Positions 52,765 to 62,400 of a stretch of 62,938 bases of DNA are shown one piece after another. This DNA is from Alphaproteobacteria bacterium. Its GTDB lineage: Bacteria > Pseudomonadota > Alphaproteobacteria > Rickettsiales > Rickettsiaceae. The position numbers and the translations under genes were made by a program. The stretch is from contig JAHDGL010000001.1 in the NCBI GenBank assembly GCA_020627625.1, positions 1 to 62,938 on the forward strand. Direction: 5' to 3'. A model generated the notes under the pieces. It was not told the DNA's origin. It searched no databases and worked only from the letters and a program-made list of their open reading frames with translations. Numbering within the stretch: position 1 is the stretch's first letter; every line of letters begins with the position of its first letter.

Positions 52765-53976
52765 ATGAAAGTAATAGGACAAATACCGCCAGTTTTACTG
52801 TATTTCTTAGTAACTCTTTCTACTTTGACAGAAACAATATATTCAGCAGCCTTGCCTGAAATTGCCAAACAATTAGGTGCACTAGGGAGTGTTGCACAAC
52901 TTTCAACTACTGCCTATTATATGGGATTTGCAATAGGTGTATTTACTCTTGGCAGGGTCTCAGATATTTACGGAAGAAAACCGGTAATATTATTTGGTAT
53001 ATCTTTTTATATTATAGCAACATTCTTGATTAGTTTATCTAAAAATATAGAGTTTTTTATAATAATGCGTATATTCCAAGCTTATGGCGCTAGTGTTGGA
53101 TCGGTTGTTGCGCAATCTATGACACGTGATTCATATAAAGGATGGGAGTTATCTTATGTGTATGCGGGTGTATCAATGATTATGTCTATCATTCCTTCTG
53201 TTGGTTCAGCAATTGGTGGCTATATTATAGAATATTATGAAAATTGGAGGTACATATTTCGTTTTCTAATAATATTTTCTAGTACATTACTCTGCATTTA
53301 TATTAAATTTTTACCAGAAACTAATCCCCATATAGGAATACATAAAGATTATAAATTTTTACAAGTGTTAAAAATAATTTTACGCGATAAAGTTTTGCTT
53401 AGTTCTGCGTTCATAGTTGGTGCATATAATGGAATTTGTTTTGGTTTTTATATACAAGCCCCATTTATTTTCATTGATCGCCTGCAAATGATGGGCTCTG
53501 ATTATGGTAGGTTGTTTTTTATACTAACTATTGCCAATTTACTAGGCAGTTTGCTATCTAGATATTTGATTAAGAAATTTATAGCTATATATAAGATTCA
53601 AATAATCGGTTTTGTATTTAGCTCTATTGGATGCATATTTTTGTTGTTTAGTTCAATATTAACAAAAAATATTGTTAATATTGATATTATTTCGATCATG
53701 ATTTTTATTCCAATGTCTATACATCTTATAGGTCATGCTTTGGTTGTTCCAATGTTACTACGCAACGCATTGGAAAATTATAAAAAAGCAACAGGTACAG
53801 CTGGCTCGATATTCGGCTTTTTATATTATATGACCACAGCAATAGTAAGCTTTATCATTTCTACTATTCATAGTAAGACGATAGATAATTATGCTCATTT
53901 ATTTGTATCATTACTATTGGTTTGTATTATTCTGTTTTATAGAGCTTTAAAGTTACAAAAGCAGAATGTTGCGTAA
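52765..53976 (+). CDS. Bcr/CflA-family MFS efflux transporter
   Basis: TIYSAALP, GRVSDIYGRKPV, LPET and about 12 transmembrane segments. Confidence 0.85.
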   Translation: MKVIGQIPPVLLYFLVTLSTLTETIYSAALPEIAKQLGALGSVAQLSTTAYYMGFAIGVFTLGRVSDIYGRKPVILFGISFYIIATFLISLSKNIEFFIIMRIFQAYGASVGSVVAQSMTRDSYKGWELSYVYAGVSMIMSIIPSVGSAIGGYIIEYYENWRYIFRFLIIFSSTLLCIYIKFLPETNPHIGIHKDYKFLQVLKIILRDKVLLSSAFIVGAYNGICFGFYIQAPFIFIDRLQMMGSDYGRLFFILTIANLLGSLLSRYLIKKFIAIYKIQIIGFVFSSIGCIFLLFSSILTKNIVNIDIISIMIFIPMSIHLIGHALVVPMLLRNALENYKKATGTAGSIFGFLYYMTTAIVSFIISTIHSKTIDNYAHLFVSLLLVCIILFYRALKLQKQNVA

Positions 53977-53992
53977 CAGTAGTAAAAACTGT

Positions 53993-54080
53993 TGAATTAG
54001 AGGTTACATTTCAAGGTGAGTCTGCGCAGAGTATATAGATAGGTGAGCACATACGAATCGGCGCAAAATGCTAATATATA
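53993..54080. repeat. RPE-like element, internal fragment
   Basis: TGAATTAG...CATTTCAAGGTGAG...ACGAATCGGCGCAAAATGCTAATATATA aligns with both full copies. Confidence 0.8.
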
Positions 54081-54120
54081 GCAAATAATATGCAAATCTT
54101 CTTATCCTTAATTTACGTTA
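54081..54120. repeat. 40-bp IS982-like end relic, inverted relative to 40159
   Basis: GCAAATAATATGCAAATCTTCTTATCCTTAATTTACGTTA, fused directly to the RPE-like fragment. Confidence 0.75.
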
Positions 54121-54221
54121 ATAACACGAATTGGGAGATCAATCGCCCTGCTATTGACAAACTTTGAATATCGCTATATTTTTTATTGATTATAATGTTA
54201 TGAAATAAATCAAGAGTTGTT

Positions 54222-54773
54222 ATGCAAAAATCTTTTACTAAAATTCTATTTCTTTTTAATTACAAAGTGCTGCGCATAACTTTAGGTATTTTACTTATGT
54301 TCATTGCAGCCCAAGCGCAGATACCTTTAAAACCAGTGCCAATTACTCTGCAAACTGTTGGTGTTTTAATTCTTGGTTTGTGTTACAACAAAAAAGAAGC
54401 AATGTACTCAATTATTAGTTATGTAGGATTGGGTGCAATTGGAATCCCCGTATTTTCTGGGTTTAGTTCTGGAGTGTCCGTATTGATAAGCCCTAGAGGT
54501 GGTTATATCTTTGGTATGGTTTTATGTATATATGTAGTTACAACATTGCGTGTAAAATTTGGTGAGAATAATTGGTTAAAATTGTTGATATATACCATAA
54601 TTGGCTCTGGATGTATTTATTTAATAGGAATAGTGCAACTTTCCTGGTTTGTTGGATTCGACAAGGCAATTCAATTAGGTTTATACCCTTTTATTATTTC
54701 TGGAATAGTTAAAGCTATGTTTACTTGCTCATCAGTGAATTTATTAAAATCACAAACTAAAAAGAATAAGTAA
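54222..54773 (+). CDS. bioY: Biotin transporter BioY
   Basis: PVPITLQT, GAIGIPVFSG, PRGGYIFG, GLYPFII. Confidence 0.93.
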   Translation: MQKSFTKILFLFNYKVLRITLGILLMFIAAQAQIPLKPVPITLQTVGVLILGLCYNKKEAMYSIISYVGLGAIGIPVFSGFSSGVSVLISPRGGYIFGMVLCIYVVTTLRVKFGENNWLKLLIYTIIGSGCIYLIGIVQLSWFVGFDKAIQLGLYPFIISGIVKAMFTCSSVNLLKSQTKKNK

Positions 54774-54816
54774 AATTAGTTAAACTAGATTATATTGAAA
54801 TAAATATATTTATATA

Positions 54817-56049
54817 ATGGATAATATTGAAATAAAATATTCAAATATTGATTTAGACAGCACAGATTATACATCTGCAAAAAATAATGCTTTAGAAGCA
54901 TCTGAAAAAATCAGGGACTTAATTCATTCTGAGGATCCTGCCTATAAAATTTTTTCAAATAAACACGCTCTAGAACAAGCAAATATATCTTCTTCTTATG
55001 CAAAACAAATTAGAAATAATTTTTCTGATTTAATTGTTATTGCTATGGGTGGTGCATCACTTAACCCAGCAACTTTAATTTCTCTTTGCTCTAAAAAAAA
55101 CGAAAAAACCAAAATTCATTTTTTAAATAACACCGATCCATTATTTTTAGAAAATTTATTATCAAAAATAGAGCTTAAAAATACTGCAATACTTGCAATT
55201 AGTAATTCTGGACAGACATTAGAGACAATTTCTTTAGTTGGTGTAATGATTAACCAGTATAAAAAAGAAAATATTCCTAATTTTGGCAAGTATTTTTATT
55301 TTATAACTAATCTTGAATCTGGAAGTTTAAAAAACATAGCAAATCAAATAGATGCTACATTAATTGAGCATACAAAAAGTGTAAGCGGTAGATATTCTGG
55401 ATTGACTAATGTAAGCACATTAGCTGCGCAAGTAGCAGGTATTAATGTAGAAGAATATTTATCTGGAGCTGATCTTGCATTGCAAGATTTTTATAGTAAT
55501 AAATTAGATAATATTGCTACATTGTCAGCTGCTGCTATTTACAGTACTAATTTGCCAATTATGGTTAATATTGGATATTTACAAAAGTTTGATATATTTC
55601 TCGAATGGTATTCACAAATTATAGCGGAATCTTTAGGAAAAGACGGAAAAGGTATTACACCAATCAGAGGACTTGGACCAAACGATCAACATAGTATGTT
55701 TCAATTATATTTAAATGGACCAGTTGATAAATTTTATAGTTTGTTCTACGCAAAGAATGTTAAATCTGATCTTGTTACTTATGGGTTTGAAGGTGTAAAC
55801 TACACCGCAAAAAAACAATTATCAGATATTAATGCAGCTAATTTTGAGGCAACATTTCGGGCATTAAATAAAATCAAAGCGCCTGTAAGAAGGATTCTTC
55901 TAGAAGATTTTTCTGCTAAAACCATAGGATGTTTTGCAGTGCAGTCTATGCTTGAGATAATAATCTTAGGACGTATTATGCAGATAAATCCATTTAACCA
56001 ACCAGGTGTAGAGTTTATTAAAACTGAATCTAGGCGTATAATAAATTAA
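54817..56049 (+). CDS. pgi: Glucose-6-phosphate isomerase (short form)
   Basis: MGGASL, SNSGQTLET, SGRYS, QIIAESLGK, DQHS, NPFNQPGVEFIK. Confidence 0.85.
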   Translation: MDNIEIKYSNIDLDSTDYTSAKNNALEASEKIRDLIHSEDPAYKIFSNKHALEQANISSSYAKQIRNNFSDLIVIAMGGASLNPATLISLCSKKNEKTKIHFLNNTDPLFLENLLSKIELKNTAILAISNSGQTLETISLVGVMINQYKKENIPNFGKYFYFITNLESGSLKNIANQIDATLIEHTKSVSGRYSGLTNVSTLAAQVAGINVEEYLSGADLALQDFYSNKLDNIATLSAAAIYSTNLPIMVNIGYLQKFDIFLEWYSQIIAESLGKDGKGITPIRGLGPNDQHSMFQLYLNGPVDKFYSLFYAKNVKSDLVTYGFEGVNYTAKKQLSDINAANFEATFRALNKIKAPVRRILLEDFSAKTIGCFAVQSMLEIIILGRIMQINPFNQPGVEFIKTESRRIIN

Positions 56050-56194
56050 ATGTGATAATTGATTTGTCTGTATTTTGACATATTCAACACCTTGTTTTTT
56101 TTACATTTGTGCTTATAGCACATTAGGTGTTGCACTTCATCCTTGATTTATTCCACCGTTTGATGCATTCACAAAAACCGCCAAAAATGGAGAA

Positions 56195-56271
56195 TGGTGG
56201 GCCCGGCAGGACTTGAACCTGCGACCACTCCGTTATGAGCGGAGCGCTCTAACCAACTGAGCTACAGGCCC
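56195..56271 (-). tRNA. tRNA with CAU anticodon, most likely tRNA-Ile2 (lysidine)
   Basis: 77-nt cloverleaf GGGCCTG...CTCATAA...GGTTCAAGTCC...CGGGCCCACCA. The G1-C72 pair excludes initiator tRNA and the acceptor stem is Ile2-like. Confidence 0.9.
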
Positions 56272-56508
56272 TTAGGATCTGTATTATACTTAAAATTTTT
56301 GCTATTTTTACAAAAAAACTAAAGAATTTAAACAAAGCCTAGATATAAAAAGCAATTTTTATACAACCAGGCTCTGTTAAAAATTCTACAACAAAAAAAC
56401 AAATATAAAGTAGTTTATATATTCACTAAATCAAAAAGTCCAGATAAATTTTTAATTAATTTATGCATTACTAAACAAGCTATAAACTAACCAAGAGGTT
56501 CTCTATGA

Positions 56509-57354
56509 TTATTGGCTTGCTACTATTACCCTGTCATGATTGGCTAAATCACTATATGTGTTTAATTTTGTAAAATCATATTCTTGTAACAGATTAGATA
56601 AAAATGGTTTTTGCTTATAACCTATTTCTAGTAATAATTTCCCATTTGGTTTTAAATATTGCTTTGCTTCGCTAAGAATTTTTTTATAATCAGCAAGCCC
56701 ATTATCTGTTGAATATAAAGCAATATCTGGTTCAAAATGCATAGTTTCATAAGCCATTTGATGTTTTTCTTCTTTTGCGATATAAGGTGGATTGCTAACT
56801 ATATAATCATATTGTTTTGATCTTAAATTTTGATACCAATTGCTTTTTTTAAAAAATATTTGATTAACAACATTATGCTTTTCTGAATTTTGTTTTGCTA
56901 TTTCTAAGGCAGAGGAACTGATATCAACAGCTGTTATTGTTGATTTAGTAATCTGATTAGCTAATGTAATAGCGATGGCACCGCTTCCTGTTCCAAGTTC
57001 TAATATTGAAATATTCTTGTTTTTGTTATATTTATTATAATAATTTAGTATCAAGTCAATTAATAATTCAGTATCTGGCCTAGGAATTAGCACGTTTTTA
57101 TCTACAATGAATTCTAATCCATAAAATTCTTGATATCCTACTATATAAGCAATTGGTTCCATAGATTGGCGCCTATTTACTAATTGCATAAATTTAGCTT
57201 TTAAAGATTGTGATATCTCCTTATCGTAATTTAATAATAATTGTTCGTGAGTTGAATTTGTGGCAAAGGCTAATAATAATCTAGCATCTAGATTGGCAGT
57301 AGAGCTTTTATATAATTTTTTAGATGCAAATTGTAAAGCCTCACGTATTTTCAT
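56509..57354 (-). CDS. prmC: Release factor glutamine methyltransferase
   Basis: EPIAYIVG, VLIPRPDTE, ELGTGSGAI, SNPPY. Confidence 0.96.
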   Translation of the reverse strand: MKIREALQFASKKLYKSSTANLDARLLLAFATNSTHEQLLLNYDKEISQSLKAKFMQLVNRRQSMEPIAYIVGYQEFYGLEFIVDKNVLIPRPDTELLIDLILNYYNKYNKNKNISILELGTGSGAIAITLANQITKSTITAVDISSSALEIAKQNSEKHNVVNQIFFKKSNWYQNLRSKQYDYIVSNPPYIAKEEKHQMAYETMHFEPDIALYSTDNGLADYKKILSEAKQYLKPNGKLLLEIGYKQKPFLSNLLQEYDFTKLNTYSDLANHDRVIVASQ

Positions 57355-57383
57355 TATATTTATTTTATTATATAACTTTAATA

Positions 57384-57467
57384 TATGGCAAATAAAGTTG
57401 AACTATATAGTAAATACATAAAATTCAATTTGCGTTTACTATAATCTTTCACTATAGACTATAGTAA
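57384..57467. repeat. Stack of TATAG-ended mini elements
   Basis: A 24-bp mini-palindrome (57384-57407) shares a TA with TATAGTAAA...TTTACTATA (57406-57443), followed by two more ACTATAG motifs. Confidence 0.55.
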
Positions 57468-57469
57468 AA

Positions 57470-58558
57470 TTAGCTAGCTTTTAATAATCTCTGAATAGCT
57501 TTCCATTTTTTGCCATCCGATGGGCTTAAGAAATTTACAGCCTCGCCTTTTGCACCTGCACGACCAGTCCTACCAATACGGTGAATATAATCTTCTGGAC
57601 ATTGTGGTAAATCGTGGTTAATCACATGTTGAATGTGAGGAATATCCAGACCCCTTGCAGCTACGTCAGTTGCTATTAAAATTCGATAATTTTTTTTACG
57701 GAAACTTTCAATGACTCGAGCCCGCCTGTTTTGACGTAAATCACCATGTAATGCATTTACTTTGTATCCCTGCTTATTTAATTTTTTTGCCATCGAATCG
57801 GCTGCATATTTTGTTTTTATAAATACTATAATTGAACCTTTTCTAGAATTAAATTCATCCAAAAGTTTAGAATATTTATCAGATTCCCCAATTCTTATAT
57901 TTTTTTGTTGAATGTTTTTATTAGGCTTATGATCAACTCCAACAGAAATTCTAATTGGTTTTTTTAAGTATTTAGAGGCAGTTTTTTCTATCTTCTTGGG
58001 CATTGTTGCAGAAAACATTAAGGTTTGACGTTTTGGCGCTGTCAAGAATTTCGCGATTTTATCAAGTTGAATACCAAAACCCATATCTAACATTCGGTCT
58101 ACTTCGTCCAGTACAAGAAAATTGGTTTTGCTTAGATTTAAAGTGCCACGTGCTAAGTGATCATTAATTCTTCCTGGGGTTCCTACTATTAAACGTGGAT
58201 TATTCTTTAATTGCCTAATTTGTTTAGATATATCTTCACCACCAATCAACAATAGTTTAGAAAAATTATTTTTTCTATTAGTAAAATTTTGCAATTCTTT
58301 TAAAACTTGAAACGCAAGCTCGCGAGTTGGTAATAGTATCAACGCGTTACTTTTTGGATCACTCATCAACTTGGTAATTAATGGAATACCAAAAGCACCA
58401 GTTTTTCCAGTACCTGTTTGTGCTGACCCTAAAATATCCTTACCCTTTAAGGCCATAGGAATAGCTTTCTTTTGTATTTCTGTAGGTTTAACAAAACCTA
58501 TATTTTTTAGTTGCTGGACAAGAGTAGTTGGTAACTCTATATCGGTAAAATTATTCAT
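57470..58558 (-). CDS. DEAD-box RNA helicase (RhlE-like, core only)
   Basis: Q motif, AQTGTGKT, PTRELA, TPGR, DEVD, SAT, ARGLD, HRIGRTGR. Confidence 0.93.
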   Translation of the reverse strand: MNNFTDIELPTTLVQQLKNIGFVKPTEIQKKAIPMALKGKDILGSAQTGTGKTGAFGIPLITKLMSDPKSNALILLPTRELAFQVLKELQNFTNRKNNFSKLLLIGGEDISKQIRQLKNNPRLIVGTPGRINDHLARGTLNLSKTNFLVLDEVDRMLDMGFGIQLDKIAKFLTAPKRQTLMFSATMPKKIEKTASKYLKKPIRISVGVDHKPNKNIQQKNIRIGESDKYSKLLDEFNSRKGSIIVFIKTKYAADSMAKKLNKQGYKVNALHGDLRQNRRARVIESFRKKNYRILIATDVAARGLDIPHIQHVINHDLPQCPEDYIHRIGRTGRAGAKGEAVNFLSPSDGKKWKAIQRLLKAS

Positions 58559-58834
58559 AAAATTATCCTGTGTTGTGACAAAATAACTCTATGAAGGAAT
58601 TTTTGTCAGTTTACGATTAGCGTGAGCTTGGGATGAAAATGATTATATACGATAACAGAAAAAGAAGCGAGTAGTGCCTAAGATTACATATTATATAACT
58701 GTAGCAAACAAAACTTGAAATAAGTATTTTTACATAAAGGATATTTATTTTAAATTTATCCGCTACATTATCTAGACTTTGAAGTACGTTTTTATAATTT
58801 ATGCACTTCTTTTTTATTATTCAATTTATATATC

Positions 58835-59041
58835 TTAGTCTATTAAAACAAGATCGGCAGCTGCTTCTCGGCCTTTATTTTCTACAATATTAAATTGCAC
58901 CTTTTGGCCTTCGTTTAAGTGTTCTATGCCAGCTTTTTCAACTTCGCTGATATGTATGAACACATCACTGTTACTATCATCATTAGTAAGAAAACCATAA
59001 CCTTTAGTTGGGTTAAACCATTTTACATTACCTGTAGTCAT
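58835..59041 (-). CDS. cspA: Cold-shock protein
   Basis: VKWFNPTKGYGFL (RNP1) and DVFIHIS (RNP2). Confidence 0.95.
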   Translation of the reverse strand: MTTGNVKWFNPTKGYGFLTNDDSNSDVFIHISEVEKAGIEHLNEGQKVQFNIVENKGREAAADLVLID

Positions 59042-59412
59042 AAAATTACTCTCTTTAAAATAACTGTTATATAATCTTCCTAAATTTTTTAGGAATATAA
59101 AAAGTTTTTATACCAATAATTGACATTAACCAACAATAAGAACTGAAACCTCAGTAAGAATAACTGAAATTTTAGTTTTCAAACAAGCTTTATATAAAAC
59201 TCTAAAAAATAATTTAGAAAAAAATTGATTATTATTTTATAAATTTATCTAATTATTATAAAAACTTCATATGAATACTACACTATTTTAACTAATAAGC
59301 AAGTCAATATTATTTAATCGCCATGCTCAAAATGGGATGATAAATATCCAGTTATAACTGATATATCAGTTATATGGCAAAGGAATTGGTTTTGTATTAC
59401 AACTAAAATTAC

Positions 59413-59473
59413 TATATAGCGCTACCTATAAATAACTTCAAAGCATGGATAAATTCTAAAGAAGCGCTATATA
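59413..59473. repeat. 61-bp MITE-like relic with 11-bp perfect terminal inverted repeats
   Basis: TATATAGCGCT ... AGCGCTATATA. Confidence 0.5.
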
Positions 59474-59477
59474 ACAA

Positions 59478-62400
59478 CTATGTTAATCCCTTACCCGGAA
59501 ATTGGTTTCCTGGGGTTTTGGGGTTGTTGCCTTGCCCTTGTGTTTGAGTTGTGGGGTTGAAGTTGTTGTTTTGTTGGTTTTGTAAAATTTTCTTCATTTT
59601 CTTTACTGTTTGCTCAGGTGTAGTATCGTGCTTTTTACTTGTATTTTTCTTACCTACTTTGTTCTTTTGCTGATTTACTTCTTCCTTTGGTATAATATTC
59701 AAACTATTCAGTTCAAATGTGTTATCTTTTTGTTTATTCCATTTAGTGATTAAAACCGATAATGCTTTAAATTGACCCCTTAAAAAACCATTTATAAGCC
59801 TTTCTTGTTTTTTCAGAGATTCGATTTTTGGTTTCTTATCCCCCCTATATAACTCTTCCGCCTGAAAAATTTGTTGATTTTTTGCGGTAGTTAATTTTTT
59901 TAAGTATTGATTCTGTACTCTCCTTAATTGAGGCAGTGTCTTTCTGCTTATTTCTTCATTAATATCTCCTTGATCCAAACGTTTGATTTGCACTTCAAAA
60001 TATGATTTTAACGATAGAGTTTGTTTTTCAAATGCACTCTGTAAACGCTCCATATAATTCTTATTATTTTCTACATTATTTAAGTCTATAGTAATTTCTT
60101 CGATTCTTGTGGGGTTCTTGTCCTTCTTTGAACTTTCCTTTCTTTTTTTTAACTTTTTTTTCTTTGCCCCACTTTGTTTTTTAGTTGGAGGCTGTTCATT
60201 TTCTTGATTTATAATAGCTTGATTTTTCAAATTATTATAAAATTCTTCTACGCCTTTCTCTTGCTTGGATGTTTTTTGTTGATTATTTCGCTGCGATTCA
60301 GCCACTTGCTTTTTCTGAATAATTTCATTAATTACATTTTTAATGTTATTTGGTATTTCTGGCTTATATTGTTTTTTTCGATGAAATTTATTGGCGTCTT
60401 CTATTCTATCTTTACTATCATTTTTCTTTTGATTGAAAATCTTTATTTCTTGCTCTGTCAACTCTGGTTCTGTCTGATTCGAAGGGTTATTAAATATATT
60501 TTTAATTGAACTAATCTTACTTGGTGTTTTCGGCACACCACGGGGCTTAGGTTCTTGTAAATTAGTTACTCTTTGCTTATCTTTTAGAAACCGTTCTTGC
60601 TCCTCCTGTATTTTTTGAATTTTTTCTAATTTTTCTTTTAATTCTTGATTTTCATGAGATAACTCTACATTGTGATTTTCTTTAACCTCTAATCCTTTTT
60701 CTACTATTTCTATATAATCTTTTAAATCCTTATTTTCTTCTTCTGCGTAATAAATTAATTTTTCTACTTGTTTTACCTGTCTAAAAAACTCCAATGCTTG
60801 CCCATCTAATGCTTTATAGTTTTCTTGTTCTTTCTTCAAGTCATTTTTGACTTTATTAAATTGCTCACCTAACGCATTATATTTTTCTTGTAATTCTTTT
60901 AATTCATTATTTTCTTTTTCTAACTGCTCCAGTTGGCTCTTTATGGAAATTCTCTCGTTCTGCAAATTTTCCAATTGACCTGTTAAACCTTGTATTTGTT
61001 GATTTTTTTGGATCAACTGTTCTTGTTGCTTTTGATTTTGCTTCTTTAGCTCCTCTATCTGCCTACTAAGTTCCCCTACTTTCCCTGGTTTTGGCAGCTG
61101 TATATTTTTATCTAACCCATCTATCATATCATGTAAGTTCTTTAACTTGAGATCTTTGTCGCTAAGACTCTTTTGATCGATCTGAGTATTATAACCTACA
61201 GCTTGTTTTAATTGCTTTTTTTGTATGTTATTTGGCTGCGGTATCCTGCTGCCTGGCCTTTCTTTTTCTACTATCAACACCCGTAGCATTTGCTCAGCGC
61301 AATTAAAAGCGACCCCGGAAGCATAAAACTTTCCTTGCACTGGATTCTGCTTAATATACTCTACAAGTAACTCAGGAATCGTAACAGGATTATCCACATT
61401 AGGCTTTTTTATGAGATCCTTATTATTTGCATCAGAAATTTTTGCTATATTAATAATGTCAATTAGTTCACGCGTTAGCTGACCATTAGTTTTACCTTGC
61501 ATGTACTTATCTAACAACTCAAAAGGGACAAAATCTTTTGAGTTGTTAGGTACGTTTGGGTTTTTATTTTTGTTATCCTTAGGTATATTTTGAAAAATAT
61601 TTTTTATTTGCTCGTTGACCTGGTCTTGAGTTAGTTCTTGAGTTTGGTGTGGTTTTTGCTTCTGATTTTGTCGTTCTAAATTTTCTATTTTTTGATTTTG
61701 ATCTGATAAAAGCTTCTCGTAATGATTTTCTACATTTTCTAAGTTCTTCTCTGAAAAATCTAACTTTTCTTGTAATTCCTTGACCCCGCCTTCCAAGAAT
61801 TGTTCTTGTTTTTCTAGACCCTGTATTTGCTGATCTCTTTTCTCTAACTTCTCTTTTAAACCTTTTATCTCAGCTTGCTGTTGCTGATTTTTTTCTCGAG
61901 TCTCGTTGAGCTGTTTTTCTAAATCTACTAATTTTGTCTCATTAATTGCTTGCTCTTTTTTAATCTTCTCTTGTGTTTGTTGTAATTCATTATATTGTTC
62001 TTGTGATTTTTGATTATCCTCTCGAAGAGTTTTTATTTGCTCCTGTTGCTCGTCTTTTTGGTTTTTTAGACCCTGTATTTTCTGATTTTGTTCCTCTATT
62101 TGCTCTTGCAAATCTCGAATAAGCGTCATTTTTTCAACAGAATCTAAATAGTTTTCTACGGTCTCTATACTATTATCAGAACTCTGTTGTAACAATTGTC
62201 CATTATTGTCGCCTATACTCAATTTTTTTGGTGTTTTATCTTGCTCAACACGCAATGTTTCTTGTATATCGCGTTGAGTTCTTTTATTATCTTTGTTCTG
62301 TGTAAAATTATGTGTACCCTCTATAATCAACTCTGGTTTCTTATTATTTTGCTCAAGCTCAACGTTTTGTTCTTCTATCCGCTTTTTTAAACGTTCTACT

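Noticed and set aside
2493-54120. Dispersed repeats as a CRISPR array
   Set aside because: The copies are kilobases apart, with no repeat-spacer periodicity and no cas genes.
56195-56271. CAU tRNA as initiator tRNA-fMet
   Set aside because: It has a paired 1-72 position and lacks the three consecutive G-C pairs in the anticodon stem.
125-62390. Short ORFs in the track that overlap identified genes (e.g. 5554-5853, 22497-22901, 34506-34865, 52210-52617, 60174-60509)
   Set aside because: They are antisense or alternate-frame shadows of well-supported genes, with no recognisable motifs.
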